From the NCBI GenBank assembly GCA_963737635.1, contig CAVTTL010000001.1, forward strand, positions 960,001 to 1,024,000: DNA of 64,000 nt, given 5' to 3'. Below the pieces are notes generated by a model. It did no database searches and was not told the origin of the DNA. It saw only the letters and a list, made by a program, of their open reading frames with translations. The stretch is from an uncultured Methanoregulaceae archaeon. Lineage in GTDB: Archaea; Halobacteriota; Methanomicrobia; Methanomicrobiales; Methanospirillaceae. Made by a program: the position numbers and the translations under genes. Below, in pieces: positions 31,125 to 41,877 of the stretch; the first letter of the stretch is position 1, and each line of letters opens with the position of its first letter.

Positions 31125-31661
31125 ATGACCTCTGCTGACTATAATGGCAATAATGACACCATTGCGTTCCAGATCAGCCAACTCGATGACCCCGTGATCG
31201 ACAACCGCCACCAAGCTATCCTTGCACTGGCTGATGCCGGGGAGGCAGCAGTAGAACTTCTAATACATTCGCTCGCCGATGCAGGTGACAACGATCACCG
31301 ATGGTACCGGGCGATGGCTCTTGCAAAGGTAGGAGTGCCGGCGATCCCCCAGCTCATTGCGGCGATGGAAAAGAACCCGGACCGCGAATTCCGGCGCTAT
31401 GCGGCGGCAGCTCTTGGCGAAATAGGAGAACCGGCAGTTGATCCGCTCATTTCTGCGATGGTAAGCGAAGACCGGGAACTGCGAGGCTTTCTGTCCCGGG
31501 CGCTTTGCCGGATCGGAAAACCTGCGGTGGAACCGCTTACCCGGCGGCTTTCTGATGCAAATGATATCCTCCGGTCATGCGCCACGCTCACGCTCTGGCA
31601 GATGGGTGAGACCGGCCTCCCCTCCATGATCGAGCAAATCCGGGACCACAAACAGCCCTGA
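31125..31661 (+). CDS. HEAT-repeat protein
   Basis: RYAAAALGEIGEPAVDPLI-type repeats. Confidence 0.85.
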   Translation: MTSADYNGNNDTIAFQISQLDDPVIDNRHQAILALADAGEAAVELLIHSLADAGDNDHRWYRAMALAKVGVPAIPQLIAAMEKNPDREFRRYAAAALGEIGEPAVDPLISAMVSEDRELRGFLSRALCRIGKPAVEPLTRRLSDANDILRSCATLTLWQMGETGLPSMIEQIRDHKQP

Positions 31662-31734
31662 TATCCTCTTCTGAAAATCCCGGTTTAAGACAGGATACCA
31701 CACTATAAATTTTCAGCCACCGGAGTGTACCACA

Positions 31735-34700
31735 ATGCTTGTGCTCTCCCCTGAGATGGAAAAGTACGGGAATACCCTTATGGACGGGCTGAACCGGGCG
31801 ATTGCACTTGCAAAGGAAGCGCGGTCCCGTGGTCTTGATCCAAGCCTCGATGTCGAAATTCCTATAGCAAGTGATCTCGCAGATCGAGTCGAAGCACTTC
31901 TTGGAATCAAGGGAGTAGCAGCAAGGATCCGGGAACTCGAATCGCAGATGTCCCGCGAGGAGGCGGCGCTCCGGATTGGTGACGATTTTGTTGCACGACG
32001 GTTCGGGGAGAAGAACAATGACGAGATCCTCGACCACTCCATACGTACCGCGATGGCCCTTCTGACCGAAGGTGTGGTCTCCGCCCCGACTGAAGGGATT
32101 GCAAAAGTCGGTGTTGGCAAAAACGATGATGGCAGCACCTACCTCAAAATTTATTACGCAGGACCTATCCGGAGCGCTGGCGGGACGGCACAGGCACTCT
32201 CAGTGCTCGTCGGTGACTATGTTCGGCAAAAACTCGGGATCGATCGCTATCGTCCCCGTCAGGTCGAGGTCGAGCGGTACATCGAGGAGATCCGCCAGTA
32301 TAACTCCATCATGAACCTCCAGTACCTGCCAAGCGAAGCGGAGATCCGGTTGATTGTGGAGAACTGCCCGGTCTGCATCGACGGCGAAGCGACGGAAAAA
32401 GAGGAGGTCTCCGGGCACCGGAACCTTGATCGCGTCGAGACAAACGCCGTGAGAGGCGGAATGGCACTGGTCCTCGCAGAAGGTATCGCCGGGAAAGCCC
32501 GCAAGCTCAAGAGCAAAGTCGAGAAAATGAACATGGATGGGTGGGACTGGCTGGACAAGCTTATCGCCGGATCGGCCAAACCCGGGGCTGATGAAAATTT
32601 CCTTGGGGTCAAGCCTCTGGATAAATACCTCCGGGATCTTATTGGGGGAAGGCCGGTCTTTTCCTACCCGATGCGCAAAGGAGGATTCCGGCTCCGGTAC
32701 GGCCGTTCGCGCAATACCGGCTTTGCGACTGCCGGGTTCAATCCGGCGACGCTTCATTTGCTGGGTGGATTTCTTGCGGTGGGCACCCAGATGAAACTTG
32801 AGCGTCCTGGTAAGGCCTGCGGTGTTGTCCCTGTTGATACCATCGAAGGGCCGACCGTGCGTTTGACCGGCGGCGAAGTTATCCGGGTGGATGATGAAAA
32901 GACCGCTCTTGCCGTCTTATCGAAAGTGGAGAGAATCCTCGATGTCGGTGAAATCCTGGTAGCGTATGGGGACTTTCTGGAGAACAACCACCCGCTGGTG
33001 CCCGCCGGATACTGCGAGGAATGGTGGCTGCTCGATCAGGGTCCGGGTACAAAACCTCCGCGTGACGAAACAGAAGCGCTTGCGGTTGCCGGGACAGGTG
33101 GATACCTTCACCCGGCCTATACCTGGTTCTGGGATGATATCTCTGCTGACCAGATCCAACTTCTCGTCGGTGCAGTTTCAGGTACCGGGAAAATCGACGA
33201 CGGTGGGCTGGTCATCGCTCTTGACCCGAACGTAAAAGAGGCCCTCGAGACCTTGCTCATTCCTCACAAGGTGAGTGGGGGGATGATACGGATCCGGACA
33301 TTCCGGGCGTTTATCGCCTGCCTCGGGCTTGATGAACACTTAAAAAGACGTGCTACCTGGACCACGGCACCTTCTGATGCTTTGCCGCTTGCCCTTGTTA
33401 TGCACCTGAGCGGCCTGCGGCTCCGGTCACGCTCCGGGCTCCGGATAGGAGGCCGGATGGGCAGGCCCGGAAAGTCTAAGCCGCGCAAGATGAGCCCCCC
33501 GCCGCATGCGCTTTTTCCGCTCGGGGAATCCGGGGGTGCCCGGCGATCGTTTCAGGAAGCGTCGATCCACACCGAAGAATCGGACGCCCATGCGACCGAG
33601 ATCGATTTCCAGAAAGAGGGTGGGATCATCGAGATCGAAGTCGGGCGCCGCCGGTGTTCCGGCTGTGGTGAGATCACCTACCTGAACCGGTGCCAGAAGT
33701 GCGGGAACCATACGACCCCGGTAAACACCTGCCCGAAATGCGGGCACGAGGTGGCGACCGAGCGTTGCCCGAAATGCGATGTCCCGGCTACCTGCAGCCA
33801 GAGGATCAGCCTGAACGTGAAAGCGGAGTATGCGCAGGCGATGGAGCGCCTCGGGATAAAAAGAGAGAGTATCGCGCTGGTCAAGGGGGTTAAGGGCGTT
33901 ATTTCCCGGGAGAAGACGGTCGAAGCGATGGAGAAGGGCATCCTCCGCGCCCAGCAGGACATCTATGTTTTCAAGGACGGCACTACCCGGTTTGACATGA
34001 TCGACCTTCCGCTCACCCACATCCGGCCGGACGAGATACGGGTTCCGGTTGAAAAGATGCGCGAGCTCGGGTACATAAAAGATATCAACGGCTACGATCT
34101 CCAGAACGGGAAACAGATTGTCGAGATGCACCCGCAGGATCTCCTTGTCTCGGACTCGTGTGCGGACTATATGGTGAAAGTCGCGCAGTTTATTGATGAC
34201 GAGTTGACCCGGCTCTACGGCCTTCCTGCCTTCTACAATTTGAAGACCCGGGAGGATCTGGTTGGCCACCTTGTTATTGGTCTTGCTCCTCACACGAGCG
34301 CAGGGGTATTGGCCCGGATCATCGGGTTTACCCGGGCAAATGTCGGGTATGCCCACCCGTTCTTCCACGCGGCTAAGCGACGGAACTGCTTCTACGGCGA
34401 TACCGAGATAGAAGTCTACGATGGAAAAACATGGTCGCGCCTGCCCATCCGAAAATTTGTGATGGAGAACTTCGATGTGAGCCAGCCCGGGCTCGACCGT
34501 CTGGGCACGTATTATTCAGACCCGGTGCGCCCGTACTTCACAAGAACCGTGGATACGTCGGGCATGATGCACCTGCGCAGGATCACCTCCGTCTCTATCC
34601 ACCGGGCGCCGGCACACTTGATCCGGTTTGTTACCGCTAGGAACCGGCAGCTGACGGTCACCCCGGACCACGCGATGGTCGTCTGGGATACCGGGTACTT

Positions 34701-35652
34701 ACGGAAGATAAAGGCGCTGGAAGTCAAGGTCGGGGATGCCGTACCAGTATACGAGGGCGGAGGGGTGATTGCCGACCGGATCAGCTCAGCTGAAACAGTT
34801 ACCTCCCTTGAGGATCGGGTGTACTGCCTGACGGTGGCAGAGGATCATACCCTTGTTGCAAATGGCATTTTTACCGGCCAGTGCGACGGCGACGAGGACT
34901 GCATCATGCTTCTCATGGACGGTCTTTTAAACTTCTCCCGCTCGTTTTTGCCCCAGAACCGTGGCGGTACGATGGATGCGCCGCTTGTGCTCACCAGCCG
35001 CATTGACCCGGCAGAGATAGATAAGGAGTCCCTCAATGTGGATGTCGGGCCCGGTTACCCGCTCGAGCTTTACGAGGCCGGCCTTGTATATGCCAAGGCA
35101 AAAGATGTCGAGCCGCTCATCGACCGGGTCGAACGGAGATTGGGAACTCCTCAGCAGCTTGAAGGCTTTTTCTTCACGCACGATACCTCGGACATCTCGG
35201 CAGGGCCGCTCGAGTCCACCTACACCCAGCTCAAGACCATGAGCGAGAAACTCGAGGCAGAGCTTGACCTTGCTGAGAAGATCCGGGCGGTCGATGCCGA
35301 CGATGTGGCGGAGCGTGTTCTCAATACGCATTTCATCCGCGACCTGATGGGAAACCTCTCCGCGTTCTCCAAGCAGAAGTTTCGGTGTACAAAATGTAAT
35401 ACCAGTTACCGCAGAATGCCTTTAGCCGGCAAGTGCACGAAGTTTAAGGGCAAAGGAATCTGCAACGGCAATATCATTCCGACAGTACATGAAGGCTCGG
35501 TCAAAAAGTATCTCGAAGTGTCCCGCAAGATGGTAGAAAAGTATAAGGTATCCGAATACACCCGCCAACGGGTTGAAGTGCTCGACCTTGCCATCGAGTC
35601 GACCTTTGGCGAGGAGAAGCAGGAACAGCTGGGCCTTGCAGATTTCATGTAA
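31735..35652 (+). CDS. polC: DNA polymerase II large subunit (PolD DP2), intein-containing
   Basis: [40 protein letters not shown]...CDGDED catalytic motif, C-terminal Zn finger. Confidence 0.98.
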   Translation: MLVLSPEMEKYGNTLMDGLNRAIALAKEARSRGLDPSLDVEIPIASDLADRVEALLGIKGVAARIRELESQMSREEAALRIGDDFVARRFGEKNNDEILDHSIRTAMALLTEGVVSAPTEGIAKVGVGKNDDGSTYLKIYYAGPIRSAGGTAQALSVLVGDYVRQKLGIDRYRPRQVEVERYIEEIRQYNSIMNLQYLPSEAEIRLIVENCPVCIDGEATEKEEVSGHRNLDRVETNAVRGGMALVLAEGIAGKARKLKSKVEKMNMDGWDWLDKLIAGSAKPGADENFLGVKPLDKYLRDLIGGRPVFSYPMRKGGFRLRYGRSRNTGFATAGFNPATLHLLGGFLAVGTQMKLERPGKACGVVPVDTIEGPTVRLTGGEVIRVDDEKTALAVLSKVERILDVGEILVAYGDFLENNHPLVPAGYCEEWWLLDQGPGTKPPRDETEALAVAGTGGYLHPAYTWFWDDISADQIQLLVGAVSGTGKIDDGGLVIALDPNVKEALETLLIPHKVSGGMIRIRTFRAFIACLGLDEHLKRRATWTTAPSDALPLALVMHLSGLRLRSRSGLRIGGRMGRPGKSKPRKMSPPPHALFPLGESGGARRSFQEASIHTEESDAHATEIDFQKEGGIIEIEVGRRRCSGCGEITYLNRCQKCGNHTTPVNTCPKCGHEVATERCPKCDVPATCSQRISLNVKAEYAQAMERLGIKRESIALVKGVKGVISREKTVEAMEKGILRAQQDIYVFKDGTTRFDMIDLPLTHIRPDEIRVPVEKMRELGYIKDINGYDLQNGKQIVEMHPQDLLVSDSCADYMVKVAQFIDDELTRLYGLPAFYNLKTREDLVGHLVIGLAPHTSAGVLARIIGFTRANVGYAHPFFHAAKRRNCFYGDTEIEVYDGKTWSRLPIRKFVMENFDVSQPGLDRLGTYYSDPVRPYFTRTVDTSGMMHLRRITSVSIHRAPAHLIRFVTARNRQLTVTPDHAMVVWDTGYLRKIKALEVKVGDAVPVYEGGGVIADRISSAETVTSLEDRVYCLTVAEDHTLVANGIFTGQCDGDEDCIMLLMDGLLNFSRSFLPQNRGGTMDAPLVLTSRIDPAEIDKESLNVDVGPGYPLELYEAGLVYAKAKDVEPLIDRVERRLGTPQQLEGFFFTHDTSDISAGPLESTYTQLKTMSEKLEAELDLAEKIRAVDADDVAERVLNTHFIRDLMGNLSAFSKQKFRCTKCNTSYRRMPLAGKCTKFKGKGICNGNIIPTVHEGSVKKYLEVSRKMVEKYKVSEYTRQRVEVLDLAIESTFGEEKQEQLGLADFM
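34387..34881 (+). mobile_element. 165-aa mini-intein in DP2 (no homing endonuclease), C-terminal Gln
   Basis: Inserted in KRRN|CDGDED; starts CFYGDTEI, block B VTPDH, block F VYCLTV, ends GIFTGQ before the +1 Cys. Confidence 0.92.
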
Positions 35653-35706
35653 TCGTGCGATCAGGTACCTTATTTATTTCTCACACCAACATAATCCAAC
35701 ACGGGA

Positions 35707-35791
35707 GCGAGGGTATCCAAGCTTGGCCAACGGAGGCAGACTCAAGATCTGTTCTTGAAGAAGTTCGCGGGTTCAAATCCCTCCCCTCGCA
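35707..35791 (+). tRNA. tRNA-Leu (CAA)
   Basis: GCGAGGG...CCCTCGC-A acceptor stem, GCAGA-CTCAAGA-TCTGT anticodon arm, long variable arm, GGTTCAAATCC. Confidence 0.93.
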
Positions 35792-36179
35792 TCAGGCCAA
35801 ATAGTACCAGACTTTTCTTTCTCGGCTGACCGTTTTACACTCGGAACCGACACTTCGATCGATTAAGCGAATCAAGTGGATAAGGCGGAATAATTATCTC
35901 TGAACCGAGCAGTAAAAATCATTCGTAAATTATTAACCTTCTCATCTCTCTTTTCTATTAGATTTCTCAATAGTTCGACTGTCAATCTTTTCTCCGATTC
36001 AATACTTGCATTTGATTACCCCGGTATCTGATCAGAAAAAATAAAAAATCAATCCTAAAAAATCAATCCTGACAAAAAACCGGCTTTGTTTTCGAAAAAA
36101 AAGAGAAATTCGCCCCTATAAAATATAGAAAATTTTATATATGAAATAGTACCATATTTACCGTTTGGAGATATGAGGT

Positions 36180-39100
36180 ATGCGGATATTTATCTTAATC
36201 TTTTTTATTATTGGCCTAATATGCCTTGTTGGCGGGGCTTTTGCAGATGACCTTTCCCAGTCTAATATCGGCTCCAGCCAAGTATGGGTGATCGCAAACG
36301 GCAATTCCCAGTCGACAATCACGGTAACGGCTTTGGATTCCAATGATGTGCCTCAATCCGGGATACCGGTAACCTTTTCTCTGGCGCCTAATTCTGCCGT
36401 TATGGGAACACTCAGCCAAACAAGCGCTCTGACCAATTCCATTGGCGTCGCGACAACTACGTTTACCGTCAATAAAACGAGCGGCAGTGCAACCATCAAT
36501 GCAGCATTGAAGAATACGACTGGCGTCGTCACCAATCTCGTTTACGTTCAGCAAATCGATCACGATACCCCGTTCTACTATACAGTTACTTCACCATCTC
36601 AGGGATCGGTGGGTACTCTGACCTCTTTCAATATCTCCTATACTGACGAATGGGGCAATGTAATTGACCACCGCAATCCCGCCGATCTTAATAATATCTC
36701 GCTCCAAATCGGTTCTGTCTCTGGAAATGCTGCTTTTTTTATTAATGGATCCTACGTGACGACCACAACCCGGCAATTGAATAGTGTAACGGGATCGGTA
36801 TCGGTTTCAGTATTACTCGATTACGTTGCAGGACAGAACAATATCGCCATACAACCCTTCGGTGCAATCCCGACTGTATACCCGTCCATTCTTGGTGTTG
36901 CAAATGGGATTCCCGCATCGATTACCCAAACTGTAAACCCCATTCCGCCGATGGTGCCAGCAGATGAAACTCATACCATTTCCATATTATACACTCTTTA
37001 TGACAAATATGGCAACCCTACCATTGGCCAGAATCTCTCCGTTCAGACGAGTTTAGGCGAAAATTATCCGAATTTGGCGTCAAATAACTTCGGCCAGGTG
37101 GGATTGACGTACGGTCCGAAGGGTACTGCCGGAAACATTACCATTACGGCAACCGCCGCTAGCAATTCCTCGGTCACCTGCAACCAGACTGTGACATTTT
37201 ATAGTACCGCACCTACTAACTGGGCGCTTGCCGCAGATCCTCAAACTATGCCCAGTTTTGACGTAAATAATAAGACCGTGGCAAATATAACGGCACAGGT
37301 CACCGATATCATGGGAAATCCTGTCTCCAACCAGACGGTGACGTTCAGTCTTGGTACGCCCTCTTATGACAAAAGTACTGATGTCATAACTTCTGCACCA
37401 ACGCTTACCAGTACCAGTGCCGTGACCGATAACAACGGTAATGCCATCGTCCAGTTCATTCCGGGCGGTTTTACGACAAATTCGTCAAATGTGTACTATA
37501 ATCCATCGGCTACCGGTAACTGTTCTGTAACCGCAATGTGGAATGGCACGCAGCAAAGCGTCCTTCTTACATGGAAAAACTATCCCTATCTCAGTGCCTT
37601 TACGAGCGTCTCCCCATCAACTGTCCCGGTCAACGGAACGGTTAACGTGACCGTTAAACTGACCGGGGACGGGTGGGCACTCACGACCAACCCAATCGAC
37701 GTCGTCCTTCTTTTTGATCGATCCGGAAGTATGGGAGACGAGATGCCAGATCACAATACGGAGATAGTGGATGCGAGAAACGGTGCAAACACTTTTATCA
37801 GTCTGGTAAATTCTTCGGACGACCGGATGGCCGTAGTCTCATTCGCCGGCGATGACTCTGGCGCAAATGTTGATACCACGGTCAACCAAAACCTGACTGC
37901 CAATTCTGCAGCAGTTAAAACTGCAATTCAGGGTTTGAATCCCAACGGAGCTACCGGAACCCGGGATGGTCTCTACCAGGCTATCAACCTGATTTTAGCG
38001 AATCCGAATTCCAACCCTCGGGCGGTGCGAGCAATTATTCTCCTGACTGACGGGGATTACAACTGGCTGGGAGATTTCCTTGGCAGGGGAACCGGCTATT
38101 ATCCCCCTCCCCCCACAGGATATACCGGGTACAGCCCACAAAATCTTGAACCGGAAGAATATTTATATTACCCCGGCTTGGGCGGTTCCCTTATACCTGT
38201 GGCCTATTTTACTGCCACGAACAGCAAGCTAACAGTCCAGTTCACGGATAAGTCGTTGGGCAACCCAACTTCATGGAACTGGAGCTTTGGTGATGGTTCT
38301 CTCGTCAACGCGACTATGCAGAATCCGGTCCATACCTATGCTTCCGGCACTAAAAATTATCAAGTTTCGGAAAAAGTGACCACTTCTGCAGGAAGTAATA
38401 CAGCGACATCGAACTCAAATTATGTCCAAGTCTCGGGTTCGAGTTTAACTATAGCCGGTTCAAATGTACCATCAGTACCTCCGTATTATACTACGGCACC
38501 CGATGAACAACTTACCAACCAGAACCTGTCTGTCTACGCTTACAACAATGGTATCCGGGTCTATACGATTGGGTATGCCAATTCGTTTGATTCCCAGGCC
38601 GTTACCGATATGAACGTATTATCAAATGCGACCGGTGGCTTTTATGCACCGGCGCCTACCGCGGCCCAGCTCCAAACGATCTATACCCAGATTGCCGGGA
38701 ACCTTCAGATTGCAGCCGGTGTGAACACCCAGATGACCATGAACTTCCAGAATGTGATGCTCAATAATGTTTCAGTGCCGAATGCTAACGCCTTTACCTA
38801 TGTAGCTGCAAATCCCGGGTCTACGGATATCACGTGGCAGAACGGCGTGACGAACAATACGAACCAGATGGCTCAATGGCAAACTAACAAAACACTTATC
38901 TTTAATATCGGAACCATAAATCTCGGCCAGACTTGGCAGGCAGTATTCGAGCTCAATATAACACAAGCCGGTGATTTCCAGCTCTTTGGCAACCAGTCTG
39001 GAACCATCACGTTTAACAACGGAACGAGTTTTCTGCAACTTCCGGGTACATCTTTTACGGCGCTCGCTAATCTTACGAATGATGGTGCGACAGAACAATC

Positions 39101-39470
39101 AATTCTTCTCTCACCGATTCAAGCACCACAGTCCGAGATAGTCACCGATTTCATACCATTACAATGGAGTACGACTATGCCGGCAACAGCTACTGCACCC
39201 GACGAGGAACGTCTCTATTATTCGACCTCTGAACAGCCCGCCTCGACATGTGGCAATGCACCATGGGTAGGCCCCTTTGACACGCAGCAAGGCATTCCTA
39301 TTGGTACTCTTTCGACCCAGAACTCGAGCCTTGATGTCCGCAGTCTACCCCCGGGCACTTACTATGTCTGCGTTGATGCCACGGCAGGCAATGCGTACCC
39401 CGCAACAGCTGAAACTATTTCTGGGGTAACAGTCAAAGAGTCAGGAAAAACGTACATTCAGCTCCAATGA
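36180..39470 (+). CDS. Large secreted adhesin-like protein: invasin/Big_1 Ig repeats, vWA and PKD domains
   Basis: Signal peptide; ANGNSQSTITVT...GIPVTFS Big_1 motifs; MIDAS DRSGS, ILLTDG; PKD WNWSFGDG...NPVHTY; many N-x-S/T sequons. Confidence 0.88.
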   Translation: MRIFILIFFIIGLICLVGGAFADDLSQSNIGSSQVWVIANGNSQSTITVTALDSNDVPQSGIPVTFSLAPNSAVMGTLSQTSALTNSIGVATTTFTVNKTSGSATINAALKNTTGVVTNLVYVQQIDHDTPFYYTVTSPSQGSVGTLTSFNISYTDEWGNVIDHRNPADLNNISLQIGSVSGNAAFFINGSYVTTTTRQLNSVTGSVSVSVLLDYVAGQNNIAIQPFGAIPTVYPSILGVANGIPASITQTVNPIPPMVPADETHTISILYTLYDKYGNPTIGQNLSVQTSLGENYPNLASNNFGQVGLTYGPKGTAGNITITATAASNSSVTCNQTVTFYSTAPTNWALAADPQTMPSFDVNNKTVANITAQVTDIMGNPVSNQTVTFSLGTPSYDKSTDVITSAPTLTSTSAVTDNNGNAIVQFIPGGFTTNSSNVYYNPSATGNCSVTAMWNGTQQSVLLTWKNYPYLSAFTSVSPSTVPVNGTVNVTVKLTGDGWALTTNPIDVVLLFDRSGSMGDEMPDHNTEIVDARNGANTFISLVNSSDDRMAVVSFAGDDSGANVDTTVNQNLTANSAAVKTAIQGLNPNGATGTRDGLYQAINLILANPNSNPRAVRAIILLTDGDYNWLGDFLGRGTGYYPPPPTGYTGYSPQNLEPEEYLYYPGLGGSLIPVAYFTATNSKLTVQFTDKSLGNPTSWNWSFGDGSLVNATMQNPVHTYASGTKNYQVSEKVTTSAGSNTATSNSNYVQVSGSSLTIAGSNVPSVPPYYTTAPDEQLTNQNLSVYAYNNGIRVYTIGYANSFDSQAVTDMNVLSNATGGFYAPAPTAAQLQTIYTQIAGNLQIAAGVNTQMTMNFQNVMLNNVSVPNANAFTYVAANPGSTDITWQNGVTNNTNQMAQWQTNKTLIFNIGTINLGQTWQAVFELNITQAGDFQLFGNQSGTITFNNGTSFLQLPGTSFTALANLTNDGATEQSILLSPIQAPQSEIVTDFIPLQWSTTMPATATAPDEERLYYSTSEQPASTCGNAPWVGPFDTQQGIPIGTLSTQNSSLDVRSLPPGTYYVCVDATAGNAYPATAETISGVTVKESGKTYIQLQ

Positions 39471-39790
39471 ACCATCGTTAAATCAGGTTCCTGATGGAAT
39501 CTCTCCGGGTCGATGCTCCCGGATAATTCCGAATTTTCCCTAAAAATACTTCAGATCTCATTTTTAGACCAGAGCTGGAATTTCCAGATTTCAGCCCAAT
39601 CCACCACTTTTATCGCGTAATGATATCTGGGCAACTGGCAGAAAGAGAAAGGCCCCGGTGCCAAAAGAGTTCTTGAAAAAATTCTATTGATTGTGAATAA
39701 ACGGTAGTCTTTTGGGGCATGTTTTGAAAAATAAACCGACGACTTCATGCAAAAATAGTGGTTGTAGCGATATACTTGTGTCCCGGGAAT

Positions 39791-40579
39791 TTACACAGAA
39801 TTTACAACGATTTGGTATTGGTAGACCACAAGTGTACTAACAGGTGGGAACGCGTATCCATTACTTCCGGCGCTCATCCCCAGTGTGGTGGTGAAGTAAT
39901 TTTGCCAGGCTGCAGAATAATCGACAGTTGAATTTGGAGTATATTCTACCGAGATTGTGTGTTGGGGTTGAAAATTATATACGGAGTAGTTGGTCTGGCC
40001 AAGGGCCATGTTCACCGTGCCGATACCACTGCGTGCCAGGACATTTGTGGTATTGAACCCGATCAGGTAAATGACAGCCGTGCTGGTCGGGCCATCGTAG
40101 AACCAGCGGGGTTCGGCAAGCATCGTGGAGCCATTTTCTGCGAGCATCCGCATGACCACAGCACCGTTTTCTAGTGAAATATCGGTATCGGCGCTGGTGG
40201 ATTCATACCGCATATCTCCTGAATAGAACGGTTGACTCAGTCCTGAGAGTGGTTGACCATTGTCAAAAATGGTGAAATTTGAAGACGAAGTGCTGTAGCT
40301 CATATTGTACACGGTCAGAGCCCCTCCTCCTACATTGAGTGAGGTCTCAGTGTACGGTACCATGTTATAAGAGAGGCCCTTGAGATCATTTTGCAGCACG
40401 ATCATGTTCTTTTCCATGATCCTCTCGTTTGCAGTGGACTGCTGCTGCATGAGCATCGGGTAACCGTACATTGTCACAAGCCCAATACCGGCTATAATGA
40501 TAGTGAATATGAGTATGAAACCGATTGATTCAGATATACCATCATCGCTCATGTGTCCGTTGGTCTCAATAATACTCAT
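39791..40579 (-). CDS. Archaeal type IV pilin-like protein
   Basis: Class III-like signal DDG|ISESIGFILIFTIIIAGIG; ENGAV motif. Confidence 0.78.
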   Translation of the reverse strand: MSIIETNGHMSDDGISESIGFILIFTIIIAGIGLVTMYGYPMLMQQQSTANERIMEKNMIVLQNDLKGLSYNMVPYTETSLNVGGGALTVYNMSYSTSSSNFTIFDNGQPLSGLSQPFYSGDMRYESTSADTDISLENGAVVMRMLAENGSTMLAEPRWFYDGPTSTAVIYLIGFNTTNVLARSGIGTVNMALGQTNYSVYNFQPQHTISVEYTPNSTVDYSAAWQNYFTTTLGMSAGSNGYAFPPVSTLVVYQYQIVVNSV

Positions 40580-40581
40580 AA

Positions 40582-41043
40582 TTAAAACCCATTCGAATTG
40601 TATGTGATCATGTTTATCCCACCGCCGGTAGTATTCCCGTTGGCTGCTCCTTGTGGTGTAAGATCAATCTCGGCAAGGCTGATATTGCTCGAAATAGTAT
40701 CCCGCCACACCACAATATCCTGATCGTTCGGATTGCTGCCCGGCTCAATATCTACAAAATAATTCAATCCTCCAACATCCTCTGGAATGGTGAAATAAGT
40801 CGAAAGTGTTCCGTTCTGCGGGGCAATACTGTATACATCGACCATCCGGGTTGATATACCGTTACCGATATCGGTAAACGCATAAAAGCTCAGGGTGTCG
40901 GCCGGTCCAGTCATGATATTAGTATTCACCAGCAACAGCATGACAACAAAGAGAACCATGAGGATACCGCTCACCATCACGTACTCGATAAGAGTCACTA
41001 CTCCGGGTTCATTGTGACGGTCACGGCGACGCCCAAGTCTCAT
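40582..41043 (-). CDS. Archaeal type IV pilin-like protein
   Basis: NEPG|VVTLIEYVMVSGIL hydrophobic N-terminus. Confidence 0.75.
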   Translation of the reverse strand: MRLGRRRDRHNEPGVVTLIEYVMVSGILMVLFVVMLLLVNTNIMTGPADTLSFYAFTDIGNGISTRMVDVYSIAPQNGTLSTYFTIPEDVGGLNYFVDIEPGSNPNDQDIVVWRDTISSNISLAEIDLTPQGAANGNTTGGGINMITYNSNGF

Positions 41044-41383
41044 TGTATATCGTCACCCCGTTATTGTAATGCATGTTAATATAGGTGTAGTTGCCCTGCA
41101 CGTAACTCGAATACGTCACTATAGCACCTTTTCGTGCCAGTTCAATGGCCACTGTATCGTTGTATACGACGAGAGGATCATTGACCGGGTCTTCGTAAAC
41201 TGAGTTAATGATCGCTGCCCGCACGTCACGGATGTCATCCTTTGGAAAGTCCAGGACGCTTTCTGCAGTGGTCTGGCCAACGATTGTGGACTGGTTGAGG
41301 ATCGTCGCCAGGAAGAAGAAACTAAAACTTACCACAAATCCCATGAGGATAATCCACTGTGCATCTTCATTCAATCCCGCCAT
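41021..41383 (-). CDS. Archaeal type IV pilin-like protein
   Basis: NEDA|QWIILMGFVV hydrophobic N-terminus. Confidence 0.75.
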   Translation of the reverse strand: MAGLNEDAQWIILMGFVVSFSFFFLATILNQSTIVGQTTAESVLDFPKDDIRDVRAAIINSVYEDPVNDPLVVYNDTVAIELARKGAIVTYSSYVQGNYTYINMHYNNGVTIYNETWASP

Positions 41384-41877
41384 AAGAGCACCTCCACGAG
41401 AACCACTCTATTTTCTTTCTTGTTATCTCCTTGCAACTGTTTGTTAATAACTACCCATTCTGTCACTCTTACCGGATGTTCGGTCCCGGTAAGATTACGG
41501 TTGGATGCAAGCGGGTAATTCCAGACGGTATTATCGGTCAGGTTATAGTAAGAAACCGTGGCACTGTAGTGCAGGTTATCTGTTTCTGATCCCGTCCTAT
41601 TATTCGTCAGATTCGTGAAAATCGTGTTGAAGGTAGAGCCGCCATTTGGTTGTTCGATGATGGTCTGCAACGGGCTCTCCGACTGCAACCCATTAACCGG
41701 CATGTTCATCGCCCGTAATGAATCTGTCCCGAGTTGTTCAAGCTGCATATCCGTAATGTGGGCATCCCCGGGCGTATATACGGTAGTCGTACTCATCACC
41801 AGATAAGCGGTAAAAATCATGAGCAAACCCGCGGCAACGCCTTCAATCGTATATAACTGCCCACCATTATCTACCAT
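41371..41877 (-). CDS. Archaeal type IV pilin-like protein
   Basis: DNGG|QLYTIEGVAAGLLM (Q+1, E near +6). Confidence 0.78.
   Translation of the reverse strand: MVDNGGQLYTIEGVAAGLLMIFTAYLVMSTTTVYTPGDAHITDMQLEQLGTDSLRAMNMPVNGLQSESPLQTIIEQPNGGSTFNTIFTNLTNNRTGSETDNLHYSATVSYYNLTDNTVWNYPLASNRNLTGTEHPVRVTEWVVINKQLQGDNKKENRVVLVEVLLWRD

Noticed and set aside
41097-41105. Another TGCACGTAA copy
   Set aside because: A single 9-mer inside a pilin-like CDS with no TIR context; expected by chance.
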